Assembly: GCA_002811645.1 (NCBI GenBank)
Contig: PDIP01000064.1
Location: forward strand, 1 to 64,000
DNA length: 64,000 nucleotides
Direction of reading: 5' to 3'
Source of the DNA: Corallochytrium limacisporum Hawaii
Lineage: Eukaryota; Protista; Pluriformea
How positions within the stretch are numbered: position 1 is the first letter of the stretch; each line of letters opens with the position of its first letter. Shown here piece after piece: positions 31,661 through 42,557 of the stretch. The position numbers and the translations under genes are program-made. The notes under the pieces were generated by a model. The model was not told the origin of the DNA. It ran no database searches and saw nothing but the letters and a program-made list of their open reading frames with translations.

Positions 31661-33844
31661 ATGGAAACTGATAAGGGTAAAGATCCAGAATCTGTTTCTG
31701 AACAGACCAATAACGATTCTCAACCATATTCTCAACAGTACCATGAGCTGCTAGTGGATCAGGCTTTTGCCCGTAACGAGGCTGATCGAAGAAGACTCGC
31801 CCAGACCAGCCCCCGCGCTCAGGTATCAATCGGGTCATCTTCGTCGGCATCTATACTTAGCCCACGGGCCCGGGCTATGCGGGCTCAGGAGAAACAGGCT
31901 CGACTCTACCAACTGAACACTGATCAGGAAGCCGCCACGGGTAATGGCTTTATGGATACGCCCAATGGTGCATCAGAGCTAGCCGCTGAAAATGACCCAC
32001 GAATGCACCCTGGAGCCGGTCTAAGTAACACCCATTGGAATCAGTTCCTGCACGAGGTCCAGGCGGCCGACGCGGCGCGGGAAGCGCGGTTGAAGGAGAC
32101 TCAGGCAACTGTTGTCGGAGCGCAGAGCAGCCTCCTGGACTACGTTCGCGAGCTTAGTGCACAGGTCTCGAGCTTGGACAGTCAGCTGCAGGCCAGCATT
32201 GACGAAGTGGCGCTGAAGAGCCGGCATATTGAAGAACTTCAGGATCAGCTTATGGAAGCCACCTCGCGGGCAAGGAAACAACAGGAGACATACGCACACC
32301 AAATCCATCATGCAGAGGACTTTAGCGCGAGTGCCGCCGATCGGTTGACAGTGATGGAGGCCGAGGCTGAGGATCGGAAACGTGAAATCAGAGAACTACG
32401 GGAACGACTACATGAAGCAAAGGTCACTATCAAGGAGAAGAGTGAGCTCATAAGACAGCTGGAAGATGACACCGCAGCCGTCGAACGGGAACTCAATTTA
32501 GTAAGGCAGAATCGCAGGACAAAGGAGGATCGCCTTGAAGACCAAGTAAGAGCTCAGGAGAAATTTATAAAACGGCTGGCAAGGATGGGCAAGACACAGG
32601 AATCGACATCTCAGCAGGCATCAGCACCGAGTGTGCCTCCGTTTCCGTATGTGCTGCCCACGGCCCCCGTACAATCGCCCGTCGAAAACTCACTGCAACG
32701 TGAGCTCCAATCTTTGCACCAGCGCTTCAATGATATTGAACAACGGACCCGCAATGAGAAGCAACAACAGACTCTGGAGGCCATGGCCGAGGAACTCAAG
32801 ACGGTACGGCAGGAGACACAAGAACTGAGAGCGAGACTGGTGGCGAAGAGCTCGCCACCGGTTGTCTCCGCGGCCGCGCCAAGGGTGGATAATTTGCAGA
32901 CTGTGGCAGCAAATCCCCCACACGCCGCTTCCACGAGCACTGCTGCTGCGGCTAGTTCGTCGCCCAAGAGATTGGACGCTCCGGTAGCACCAGCATCCCC
33001 AGGTTACCGAGAACCACCAATCGTACAGGAATCAGCCGCCAAGGCACAGGCAGAGGCTTCCTTGCGCAATCTACAGCGTGAGATGCGCAATATGGAGCAA
33101 TCCCTGCGACGGGAACGCGGACTCCGACTGGGCCACGAAGCTGAATTGGAAGCTCTTCGTATTCGAACTCCCCAAGTTCCTGGTGCCGGTAGTAACACTG
33201 GGGCAGCGACAAGTCCAGGATCCAGGTATGGACATACTAACTCGGCGCGCTCCTCGTTCTCTCGGCGCCACGACAGCGGAATTGATCACACCAGCATGTT
33301 TCACTCTCAGAGCACATCCAGCGTAGGTCGGTCTCCGGTGAAGACGGCCGCTTACATCGACCGGAGCACCATCAGCGGCGCTTCCGGAGGCGGGCCAGCC
33401 CGGTCAGTTGGACCCAGCGGGCGTCTGACGTTCTATAACAACAATACCGGCACCTCCGGCCATATCGCCGGTGCGTACCAATTCTACAGTGGCGGCAACT
33501 TTCCGGCTCGAGGACGGCCTCACATGACCGCGCCAGCTGGGTCACCGCTAGGTCAGCCGTCCCCGGGCCAGCGACGGAGGCAGTATACCTCCAGCAGTCC
33601 GGTCTCACAACGTCGCCGCGAGGTGGAGTATGTCCTTCTCGAAGACAAGCTGCAGGACGCATTCTTGGCCAGTGAGAATCTGAAGCAGGCCACTGACCGT
33701 CTGGTCAACCGCATTGAGCTGCTAAACACAAGCGGAGCTCCAAGTCCTCATGCTCCGACCACAGACACAATGAGGCCAGACAAGCACAACGGCGACTCGG
33801 AGTATGACGAGGACGAGGATACGGACGAGTCTGACGGTTACTGA
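31661..33844 (+). CDS. Hypothetical long coiled-coil protein with Ser/Pro-rich disordered regions and acidic tail
   Basis: 727-aa ORF with E/Q/R/L heptad-rich segments; family not recognised. Confidence 0.8.
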   Translation: METDKGKDPESVSEQTNNDSQPYSQQYHELLVDQAFARNEADRRRLAQTSPRAQVSIGSSSSASILSPRARAMRAQEKQARLYQLNTDQEAATGNGFMDTPNGASELAAENDPRMHPGAGLSNTHWNQFLHEVQAADAAREARLKETQATVVGAQSSLLDYVRELSAQVSSLDSQLQASIDEVALKSRHIEELQDQLMEATSRARKQQETYAHQIHHAEDFSASAADRLTVMEAEAEDRKREIRELRERLHEAKVTIKEKSELIRQLEDDTAAVERELNLVRQNRRTKEDRLEDQVRAQEKFIKRLARMGKTQESTSQQASAPSVPPFPYVLPTAPVQSPVENSLQRELQSLHQRFNDIEQRTRNEKQQQTLEAMAEELKTVRQETQELRARLVAKSSPPVVSAAAPRVDNLQTVAANPPHAASTSTAAAASSSPKRLDAPVAPASPGYREPPIVQESAAKAQAEASLRNLQREMRNMEQSLRRERGLRLGHEAELEALRIRTPQVPGAGSNTGAATSPGSRYGHTNSARSSFSRRHDSGIDHTSMFHSQSTSSVGRSPVKTAAYIDRSTISGASGGGPARSVGPSGRLTFYNNNTGTSGHIAGAYQFYSGGNFPARGRPHMTAPAGSPLGQPSPGQRRRQYTSSSPVSQRRREVEYVLLEDKLQDAFLASENLKQATDRLVNRIELLNTSGAPSPHAPTTDTMRPDKHNGDSEYDEDEDTDESDGY

Positions 33845-34456
33845 GCGTTCACTTAACATGAAAGTATTTGAGTAAAGTGCAAACGTGACAATTGAAGATA
33901 GTCGTGCGGTCATGTGTTGTTTCGTCTGGACGTGGAAGCCAGCCCCAAGAAAGCGGGGTGCTTGAGAGTCACCAGCTCCCTTAAATTTCCAGGCATGATG
34001 GTTTTGCATGCGGGAACTATCGTACCTATTCTGCTACAAGAAGAATTATCTGGTCGACGACCTTTTTGGTCGCAAATTCGGTGCGCTGCAAGACGTCGGG
34101 ATCTCTATCTCTCAAGAACCCCCGTGAACTTAAACCGCAAGGAAATTCCCGAGTGACTTTACATAGTCTTCTGCCCTGTGGTAAAATCTTATAGAAGTAC
34201 AGTCCATGGACAGAAACGACATGGAATCCTTGGCGGATCTTGCCTTTGACCCCACCGCCCGGGAGTTCACCCCCCAAAGTTTAGCGCTTATTTTTTTTTT
34301 CTGGGTTTCTATATATTGTGTGTGTGTTGCTGGGGTGGGACCGACCACTGTGCGCAGTCGCAACTAAGAATAGAAGCGCCCCTCTCAACACACACACACC
34401 CCACCCAACCAACCCTTCCCTCGAAGCTGGGCGAAGGGGCCCCCGGGGGGGGGGGG

Positions 34457-34543
34457 NNNNNNNNNNNNNNNNNNNNNNNNNNNNNNNNNNNNNNNNNNNN
34501 NNNNNNNNNNNNNNNNNNNNNNNNNNNNNNNNNNNNNNNNNNN
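34457..34543. other. Assembly gap (N) flanked by poly-G
   Basis: 87 N; left flank is C5G12, right flank starts GGGGG. Confidence 0.99.
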
Positions 34544-36110
34544 GGGGGTGCGCGACGGGCCCAAACAAAGGAACCCCCAAACACCGGGGACGAGCGAGGT
34601 AAAGCACACAGAGAGAGAGAGAGAGATTTTGAGAGACTGACTGCATGTGTGGGGATGTGGTGTGATGTCGACTCCTTGTTCCCTGTCTGTTGGTAACATT
34701 TTATATACTTGGCATCCTCGTGTTCTTGGGTGGTGGTCTGGGTGCCTTTTTCTCGTTCTGCTCCCCTTTTCGGCACTTTCTGCGTCCCCCCCCCCGGGGA
34801 GAGAGGTGGGTCCGGCACACGTGGACCAGGGGCCCGCGCCGTTCGAGACTCTCTCTCTCTCTCTCGCTCTCTGTGCTTTGTGAAAATGACCCACGATGAA
34901 ATCGGCCAGAGTCCCTTCTTTTCTTTCTTTCTTTCCTTTTTTTTTCCCCCTTTTTGTTTGTTTTCGTCGGTTGGAGTACGAAATGAGCCATATGTTCACT
35001 ATTAATTAGAACGGGCCCTACGGTCAGGAGTAAGGAAAAAGCCCATTTAAATTCTTCCGCACCTCCTCCTCCCTCCGCCGGGGGCGCTGGTAGTGGTAGT
35101 ACTGAAAAAAAGCCTTTTGGCCCTGGGGCCTCCCGGGCGGGGGGGGGGAGGGTTTTGTTCTTTCTTCGTCCCTGAAACTTTTCTTTCCCCCCCCCCCCCG
35201 GGGGGAAGGCTTCGCGTGCCGCGGCAAGCCCAAGGAATAAAACAAATAACGGAGGGAGAGAAATAATGGAAAAAAAAAAGAAAAGGTAAAATAACCACCA
35301 GCCCCCAGACCGAGCTATTTTCTTAATTCCATTTTTTTATTATTGCGCGGTTCCCTTCTCCCTCTCTCTTGGCCCTCCTCCCCTCCCTCCGAGTCGGCGC
35401 GCGCAGGTTCGAGTGTGTGTGTGTGTTTCGGGACCGGTCGTTAAAAAATTTTCTCTCGTTCTTTTCTGTTCTTTTCCGGCGCTCTGTGCCGCGGCTCTTG
35501 GGGCCCCGGGGAAGTGCGCCTGTGCACGGGTGCGGATTTCATTCTTTTTTTTTTAACCATTTCCAAAGGGGGGCCACCAACCAAAAAAAGGAGAGAAAAT
35601 TGGCCAGTCTTGAAAACCCGCCCCGTCCTGGCCTGGTACACACTCTGCGCAGATTTTACAAAAAAAAAATGGAGAAGGGAGGGAGAAGAGGGGGGGAGGT
35701 GAGAGAGGGCCGGGCGCCCCAGTATAGCCCGCCGCGTATGACGTGGGGTTGGTGGCTGTGAGAGTTGTGTGGGTGGGTGTGGAAGTGAAGGAAGCCTTGG
35801 CACGGATGCTTGGGATGCGGTGATGACCATGGAGATGGGAGTGAAGGCCGCCAACGCGGCGGTGGCGTCATGAATGTAATATTTGCCAAGCCTTTGTGAG
35901 ACAGAGAAGGTTGAAAAGTAGTAACGTTGAAATCAAGAAGATGTCAACCCAAAAGAGTTCCTTGCTTTTGTAGGTAGGTGTACTTTCCGGTACCGGTTTC
36001 GTATCCAGACACCCATTCCAATGGAAAGTAAGTGATAGTTCGCAAAATGACATGGGCCTAATTCAATTAAGGTAGTGTAGATCCACACACAACAGGCTAT
36101 AGCAAAGACA

Positions 36111-37334
36111 ATGGCGCCTAATGTCAATGGTTGTGCCGAGCGGCGCGTCGACGAGTATGGCCGTCCGGTCGATACCATGGACTTTAGCAGCATCAGCTCG
36201 GGAAAGAAGATGCCGTTCAGCACCATCAGCACCGTCAGCGACAACCCGAATGACTTCTCGGTGCTGACATATTATTTCTGCTTAGTAGTGCCTGCGGTCC
36301 AGGCAAGTTCCATATACTTTGGGGGCCACATGGTTTGGTTCCCACTCATCTTCACGTTTGGTCTGATCCCCATTGCTGATACCCTGTGCGGCACCAGCAA
36401 GCTCAATCCTTCCAAGGAGCTCGAAAAGAAATTGGACACCGAAGTCCAGTATCGTCTTGTGCCCGTTGTCTGGTGTGTTGCTCAGACCACTATTTTGCTT
36501 GTTGGCATGGTCTGGGGAGTGCAGCCAGAGCGCACCAGGGAAGAATTCATTGGATCCATCTTCGCTGTTGGTCTCGGCTCCGGCATGGGGATCAACGTCG
36601 CCCATGAACTCGGTCACAAGCGATCATCCTGGGAGCCATTACTGGCTCAGTATCTGCTGGCCTTGACCTCTTACATGCATTTCCAGATTGAGCACGTCGA
36701 GGGTCATCACTGGAACGTTGCCACTCCGCTTGATCCGGCCACCGGTCACTACAATGAATCATTCTATAGTTTCTGGCCCCGCACTGTCTATGGTTCATAT
36801 GCCTCGGCTTGGGCCATTGAGAACAACCGCGTGGCCAAAAAGAGTCTGCCGTGGTACCAGAACATGATGATCTGGTACACCACGATCCCCATACTTTTAG
36901 TTTGCGGGGCCGGCAAGGTCCTCGGTCCATGGGGCGCCGTGTTCTTTGTGGGACAGTCAGTGTTCGGTTTCACCCTGCTTGAGCTTGTCAACTACATTGA
37001 ACACTACGGCCTGCAGCGCAAAGAGATTGCCCCCGGTCGCTACGAGAGAGTGCGCCCGATCCACTCCTGGAATTCTGATCAGCGTGTGACCAACAACCTG
37101 CTCTTCAAGCTGCAGCGTCACTCGGACCACCATGCGTTCCCGTGTCGCCGGTACCAGATTCTGCGCTCCTTTGACGAGAGCCCGCAGTTGCCCTCCGGCT
37201 ACGCGACTTGCATCCTCATTGCTGCCGTGCCGTCTCTGTGGTTCCGCATAATGAACCCCAAGGTTGAAGAATTCAACAAGTGGGTTGAAGAATCTCGCAA
37301 GGACATGGAGGCCAGAGGAATCAAAATCGAATGA
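36111..37334 (+). CDS. alkB: AlkB-type integral-membrane non-heme diiron alkane 1-monooxygenase
   Basis: All four AlkB His boxes: HELGHK, EHVEGHHWNVATPLDPA, NYIEHYGL, LQRHSDHHA; also HSWN and SPQLPSGY. Confidence 0.93.
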   Translation: MAPNVNGCAERRVDEYGRPVDTMDFSSISSGKKMPFSTISTVSDNPNDFSVLTYYFCLVVPAVQASSIYFGGHMVWFPLIFTFGLIPIADTLCGTSKLNPSKELEKKLDTEVQYRLVPVVWCVAQTTILLVGMVWGVQPERTREEFIGSIFAVGLGSGMGINVAHELGHKRSSWEPLLAQYLLALTSYMHFQIEHVEGHHWNVATPLDPATGHYNESFYSFWPRTVYGSYASAWAIENNRVAKKSLPWYQNMMIWYTTIPILLVCGAGKVLGPWGAVFFVGQSVFGFTLLELVNYIEHYGLQRKEIAPGRYERVRPIHSWNSDQRVTNNLLFKLQRHSDHHAFPCRRYQILRSFDESPQLPSGYATCILIAAVPSLWFRIMNPKVEEFNKWVEESRKDMEARGIKIE

Positions 37335-37472
37335 ATTGATCTTGTACCACTATAGTGTAAATATATTTATAGAACGAATCGCATACCATATTGACCACAC
37401 TGAACACCGCCACACATTCGGTCCAAAACCCGCGCTGCCGCGCCGTGCCGCAGTGCCAACACATGCTCCTGT

Positions 37473-40400
37473 TCAGATGTTCAGATTGGGGATGTCCGCG
37501 GAGACCGGTGTCATCATCCCAGACTCTCCAAACAGGTCCGCGAGTGATGCAGCGCTGCCAATGCTGCCAGATCGTCGTAGCACAGGCATCATTAACGGGG
37601 ACATGGGCGCGTGGTGGTGAGTTTCGGCAATCACACCCTTGCGTAGCAGCTCGCGTATCTTTTGTTTGCTGTAAGTATAGCCAATCTTGAGCAGATCGTT
37701 GAAGTGCTGGAAGTCGGTGATAGAGTAGTTGAAGATGTCATCAGAACGGAGGTAGTGGTACCGTTCATTGGCCTTGATACCCTCAAGGTGCTGCGCACAC
37801 GCCGCGTAGGCCAGACGGCTCTGGATTTCGTCCAGGTTTGGGACACGAACTTTTTCGCTGAAGGGATTGTACCGGTTGGCAAGCAGGTACCAGCCGCTAA
37901 TGTCGTCGCCGTAGTTGTAAAAATCGGATTCGTCTTCGGCGCCAATGTCATGTGCGATAATGATCTTCGCGCCGAAGCGTTGAGCCATGATGTCGGCAGG
38001 CAGATTGTTCAAATATCCACCGTCCACGAGCAGGGCACCCGTCTCCGGATCTGTGATGGGTGGGAAATACCCAGCGAGGGTCATGCTCGCACGGCAATAG
38101 CGCCACAAACAGCCATACTCGTGTGACCGGAGCTTCGAGCTGGAAATATCGGTTGAAGTGCAGAAAAATGGCACCCACAGATCCTCAATCTGCACATTGC
38201 CCAGAATGGAATGGATCACTGCATTAAACGTACGACCGGTCATCATCGCTGTGGTCGGATAGGTCAGATCAAAGATGTAGTTCCTGAGGCTCGAGAATGC
38301 GGAACACAGTTCCCGCATCGTCATTTCCGTCTGCTCCATGTCCTGATACTGTGCGTAGATCGCAGCGACCATAGCACCCATAGATGTGCCACCAACCATG
38401 TCAACAGGGATATTTTCTTCCGTTAGGACGTGCAATAAGCCTACGTGGGAAACACCCCGGGCTCCACCACCACCGAGGACAACACCAATCGCCTTGCCCA
38501 AGAGTCGTCGGGCACATCGATCCATGTCACTCCTGCACTGGCGCTCGTCCCGATTTTCCTTGAGCACGATCTCATCCGCACTGTCCTCACTGCTGAGGTC
38601 GTCGGAGGCCTGTCCACTGGAATTGGAGTGGGGTCCCATTTCCCAACCTCCTACAGAAGTCCTCCGTTCAAGGCCATTCTCACTATGCATGTCGGGCGAG
38701 TCCAAGGAAATGCTATCATCTTTGCCACTGACAAAGTCGGCAGCTGTGGCGGACAGGGATCGGCGCAAAGCCATCTGCAGTTGAGCCAGCGGAAAATCAG
38801 AGTCTTCTTTCGACCTACTCTTCTGGGTTTTGGCCACCGATGGCAACATACTTTCCGGGACACGGATGTGGTGATGGATGGTGACACCATCAATAGCACG
38901 CAGCCATTCCCTAGTGCCTGTGGGCATCTTCAGGTCTGACGGGTGCAACAGTACCAGGTGTTTTTGAATGCGTCTGGCCAGACCGGGGAATCTCTTCGTG
39001 ACCTCGTCTACACGGGGTTCATCGTTGCCACGGGCTACCAAGATAAACAAATCGGCCTGACGAATGCAGCGCTGGGTCCACGCCTTTGATACAGGACTTC
39101 TTGAGGTGTCCGGCAAATAGACCAATAGTTGGTTACCGGATTCCTTCTCACTCAAGTAATGGATCAGCTCGTATTCCCGATTCGGTGCAAACGCATCTTT
39201 GCCCATAGCATCAAGGACATCCTCCATGGTTATCACCACTGTGGGGCGGATACTGTTTAGCGAGTGCTCGAACCGCTTCACAAATTCATGGAGAGGCACA
39301 TTGTCACCGATAGGTACCACCGCAATCGTTGCAATATTGGGATTCGACTTGACCAGATTCTCGCTAGGCCGAGTGGGTTGCGATGCTTTGTTCCGATAGC
39401 TGTTCATCAACTTCTTGCCCAACATTTCAGTGAAGTACATCATGACCTCGGGGTACTTTCGTCGCAAATAGTCGAATAGTGGACGCGGGATCATGGCAAG
39501 TTCCGTGTCACGAATGGTCTTTACGCTGGATGCCCGCTTGGAATTAGTCAACAACTCCAACTCACCGACCACTTCACCGCGGCCATATTCAATCACAGTA
39601 ATCAACGCGTCATCCTTGGTCTCATCAATATCCACAGACTTCATCCGCTGATGATCCTTTGCGCGCAGCGTTCTGGTATTTCGCAGCTTCTTCGCCTTCT
39701 CAATTGGATCGTCGTGCCGCATAATACCCCGGAGGCGACCGCTGAGCACAATGTAAATAGCGTCTGCGTCATCGCCTTGCTTGTATATGTACTCACCTGT
39801 AGTTTTGTACAACCAATGGAAGGCAAAGTCCATTTGACGCACTTCCTTAGCCAGCCTACCACTGAACACATTGCACAGTCGATATAGAATATAAGGGTAC
39901 TCGACAACGTGCCGATCCACATCCGAGTCCGACATTTCCAGCAGAACGACTTCAGTTTCAGCTCGAATATTGACAATACTGGCTTCGCCTGACATGTAGC
40001 CCATCTGACCCAAAATCTCTCCCGCGTGGGCAGTGTACAGCAATCTCTCTTCGCCGGTGTCTACATCTGGAACATTGACACTGCATGAGCCTGCCACAAT
40101 ATAGCCCAAAGCTCCCAAGCGTTCTCCGGCATTGATGAAGTGCGCACCCTTTTTGCGACGGACCAGATGCATGTCAGCTTTCAGCTTCTCCTGGATGGCT
40201 GCAAAGGACGTCAGAGAGCCTTGTGACGCCGTATCCTCTTGTGGGTTGGGACCATTCTGTTGAGAAATTTGCTCACTGTGGGAGCTCTTAATGCTCATGC
40301 TCTCCACGGACCGCTCCTCGAGTTTGTTTTCTAAGTCTGTGCGCAGGTGCTGCATGAGAGACGTGTCCTCTTTTCCAGGGCTGGTCACGGTCACCTCGGC

Positions 40401-41519
40401 CACGGTGGGCATGAGCAATTCTGCAAACTTTTGTTTTGCCTCATCGACATCGGACCGAAGCTCCTCTGCATTTTCATTCTGCATCTCCTTGCTTCTCCGA
40501 ATCGGGTTGCGCATATTGGCGGGCTTATCAGACTCCACAAGTTTTGTGGTGATACCGAGGTAAGAATACAGAGTTCCCAGGGTCACGCGCTGCATGCGTG
40601 TCAACATCACTGAGAGAATTTTCTTGAATAGCAATGGCTCTCGACCGAGAACATCTTTCATTCGTGTGAGCGGAATTACCATCACCTCCGTGCTGTTCAC
40701 CTCAGCCATTGCGTCAATGTCCTGCAAGGCTCCCGTACCGCTAACCAGTTCAAATATCTGCAGCAGGGACATTAAATGTTCTCCTTCCCGCACAACACTT
40801 ATTTTGACCTTCTCACCATCATCTTCTTGCAGGTAAACGGCCAGTGAGCCCTTGCGCACGATATAGAAACTGGGGGTGGACATGTCCAACGTCTGCCCCT
40901 TTCTCAGGGTTACGGTCATGGCCTCTCTGTAGACTGCGTCAAACACTTTCTGTGTATACTTACCAAAAATTCGAAAAATGTTCAAGGCGTAAAAGATTTC
41001 TGGAGGCAAAGCACTGCCGTAAACATTGAACGGGTTGTACTCACCGTCGTATTCGTCTGCACCTTCTCTTTCGGCCAGGCTGTCAAGATTACTAAGAGAC
41101 ATCTGACGGCCAATGGAGGCCAGATCCCGACGCTCACCTGAAGATGTGCTACTACTATCGTCTAGTCCTCGCAGTGGTCTCGTCAGCAAGTCCTTGAGCT
41201 TTCTGCGCAGGCCCCGCCGTTGGTAGCCGCGCTTCAGGCGGGTCCACGACCGCTTCGCCCGAAGCTTAGCAGCCTGTCGTTCCCGTGCCTGCCTTGTTGG
41301 TCTACCAAGCAAGATCCATAGCAGAACCACAAGGAAAAATGTGCAAATAGCATAATTTATGTAGGGCAAGATCCAATGCTGGGTCTCCAGGAGGATGTGC
41401 CAGTCAACCAACAGTTGAATGTAGGTCTCAACCAAGGCACCTACAGCCACATATGCGTTTTCGGGCAACGCGGAGAGAGTCTGTGCCCACACCTCCAATG
41501 TCTCCTCAATGGAATCCAT
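37473..41519 (-). CDS. PNPLA6: Neuropathy target esterase / lysophospholipase NTE1 (PNPLA6/7)
   Basis: N-terminal TM helix, three cNMP-binding-like repeats, WTQRCIRQAD, GGGARG, GTSMG, RASMTLAGYFPP, DGGYLNNLP. Confidence 0.95.
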   Translation of the reverse strand: MDSIEETLEVWAQTLSALPENAYVAVGALVETYIQLLVDWHILLETQHWILPYINYAICTFFLVVLLWILLGRPTRQARERQAAKLRAKRSWTRLKRGYQRRGLRRKLKDLLTRPLRGLDDSSSTSSGERRDLASIGRQMSLSNLDSLAEREGADEYDGEYNPFNVYGSALPPEIFYALNIFRIFGKYTQKVFDAVYREAMTVTLRKGQTLDMSTPSFYIVRKGSLAVYLQEDDGEKVKISVVREGEHLMSLLQIFELVSGTGALQDIDAMAEVNSTEVMVIPLTRMKDVLGREPLLFKKILSVMLTRMQRVTLGTLYSYLGITTKLVESDKPANMRNPIRRSKEMQNENAEELRSDVDEAKQKFAELLMPTVAEVTVTSPGKEDTSLMQHLRTDLENKLEERSVESMSIKSSHSEQISQQNGPNPQEDTASQGSLTSFAAIQEKLKADMHLVRRKKGAHFINAGERLGALGYIVAGSCSVNVPDVDTGEERLLYTAHAGEILGQMGYMSGEASIVNIRAETEVVLLEMSDSDVDRHVVEYPYILYRLCNVFSGRLAKEVRQMDFAFHWLYKTTGEYIYKQGDDADAIYIVLSGRLRGIMRHDDPIEKAKKLRNTRTLRAKDHQRMKSVDIDETKDDALITVIEYGRGEVVGELELLTNSKRASSVKTIRDTELAMIPRPLFDYLRRKYPEVMMYFTEMLGKKLMNSYRNKASQPTRPSENLVKSNPNIATIAVVPIGDNVPLHEFVKRFEHSLNSIRPTVVITMEDVLDAMGKDAFAPNREYELIHYLSEKESGNQLLVYLPDTSRSPVSKAWTQRCIRQADLFILVARGNDEPRVDEVTKRFPGLARRIQKHLVLLHPSDLKMPTGTREWLRAIDGVTIHHHIRVPESMLPSVAKTQKSRSKEDSDFPLAQLQMALRRSLSATAADFVSGKDDSISLDSPDMHSENGLERRTSVGGWEMGPHSNSSGQASDDLSSEDSADEIVLKENRDERQCRSDMDRCARRLLGKAIGVVLGGGGARGVSHVGLLHVLTEENIPVDMVGGTSMGAMVAAIYAQYQDMEQTEMTMRELCSAFSSLRNYIFDLTYPTTAMMTGRTFNAVIHSILGNVQIEDLWVPFFCTSTDISSSKLRSHEYGCLWRYCRASMTLAGYFPPITDPETGALLVDGGYLNNLPADIMAQRFGAKIIIAHDIGAEDESDFYNYGDDISGWYLLANRYNPFSEKVRVPNLDEIQSRLAYAACAQHLEGIKANERYHYLRSDDIFNYSITDFQHFNDLLKIGYTYSKQKIRELLRKGVIAETHHHAPMSPLMMPVLRRSGSIGSAASLADLFGESGMMTPVSADIPNLNI

Positions 41520-42557
41520 GACTGGGCCGGCGTCAAAATATTATCAACTCTCCTAAATGGCTCGCTCTCGCTTACGCTCTCTGGCCTACCATAGTTCTCC
41601 ACCTTTGGAGTTTCAGTCCAAACAGTCGATCAGTTCTGTCTCTCATAGTGCCTTTTCAGCACTATCAACAAAAAGGATTTGTTTGCGTGGATCTTATCAA
41701 CAGATACCCTCATGGTTGTCACTGCCGGTGAGCTTCTGTGCCTAGACATCACGTAGTTTGTCGACGGCAAGTGTTGCTGCTCACCAAACGGCCACTACCT
41801 CGAGCACAATGGAGACCCGCCCCGCTGACTTGGCCGCGGTGACGTCGGGGCGTGATACGCCAAAACCCACGTTGCTCACTCCTCCCTGTACACCGCCCGG
41901 TGCAAAAGACGAGTGTTTCCAATACTAAATATACGCCCAAAACAGGACCGTACGGCTCCGATGGCCAAAAAATCCGAACTCTCTCCTGCTCTGAAATCAG
42001 GAAACAACCGGGGTACCAAGGGTCCAAAAATTTCTTGCGGTCTCCATTGGGGGCCGATTTTATACCGACCGGCAAGCGAGGACCGGCCCCCCATTCCCTT
42101 CTGTCGCTCGGGCCAACCCAGCCCTGCAGCGGGTGCAGCAGCAACTGCGGCTGCTTCGGTGGGGACACTTCCAGTGTATTTGGGGGAACCCCGGGGCGGA
42201 GGAGGATCCGCCGCCCTCCCCCCATTTTTGTTTTCCTGCTCGTCCCTTCTGGTCATTGGTTGTCTATGGGAATGGCGCCAACGGTTCAAACGAGTCGGAG
42301 AAACCGGGGAACCAGGGGTCCTGACGCGCCGCTGTGCGACAAGGGAGTGAGCAAAAGGGTTAATGGCCATAGACATTCAGGGTATTTCGTAAACTATGTG
42401 AACATACAACGATTGAATAATAGGTAGATGCATTTACTAGGAATCATGAACCGGGATCGTCACAGAAAATGACAGTGTTTGAAACCATGGAGCTGCCATG
42501 TAGAGGCCACCTTCTTCCAGTCAGCATCGAACAGTAAAACCACGAAGTTGACGAACC

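Noticed and set aside
36021-36102. Possible upstream ATG plus a 75-nt intron giving an in-frame METKT extension to AlkB
   Set aside because: The donor GTAAGT is good, but several AGs precede the required acceptor and there is no pyrimidine tract; needs RNA evidence
19555-41519. Lipid cluster of TGL lipase, AlkB and PNPLA6
   Set aside because: The lipase is about 15 kb away with unrelated genes in between, and both patatins are housekeeping families
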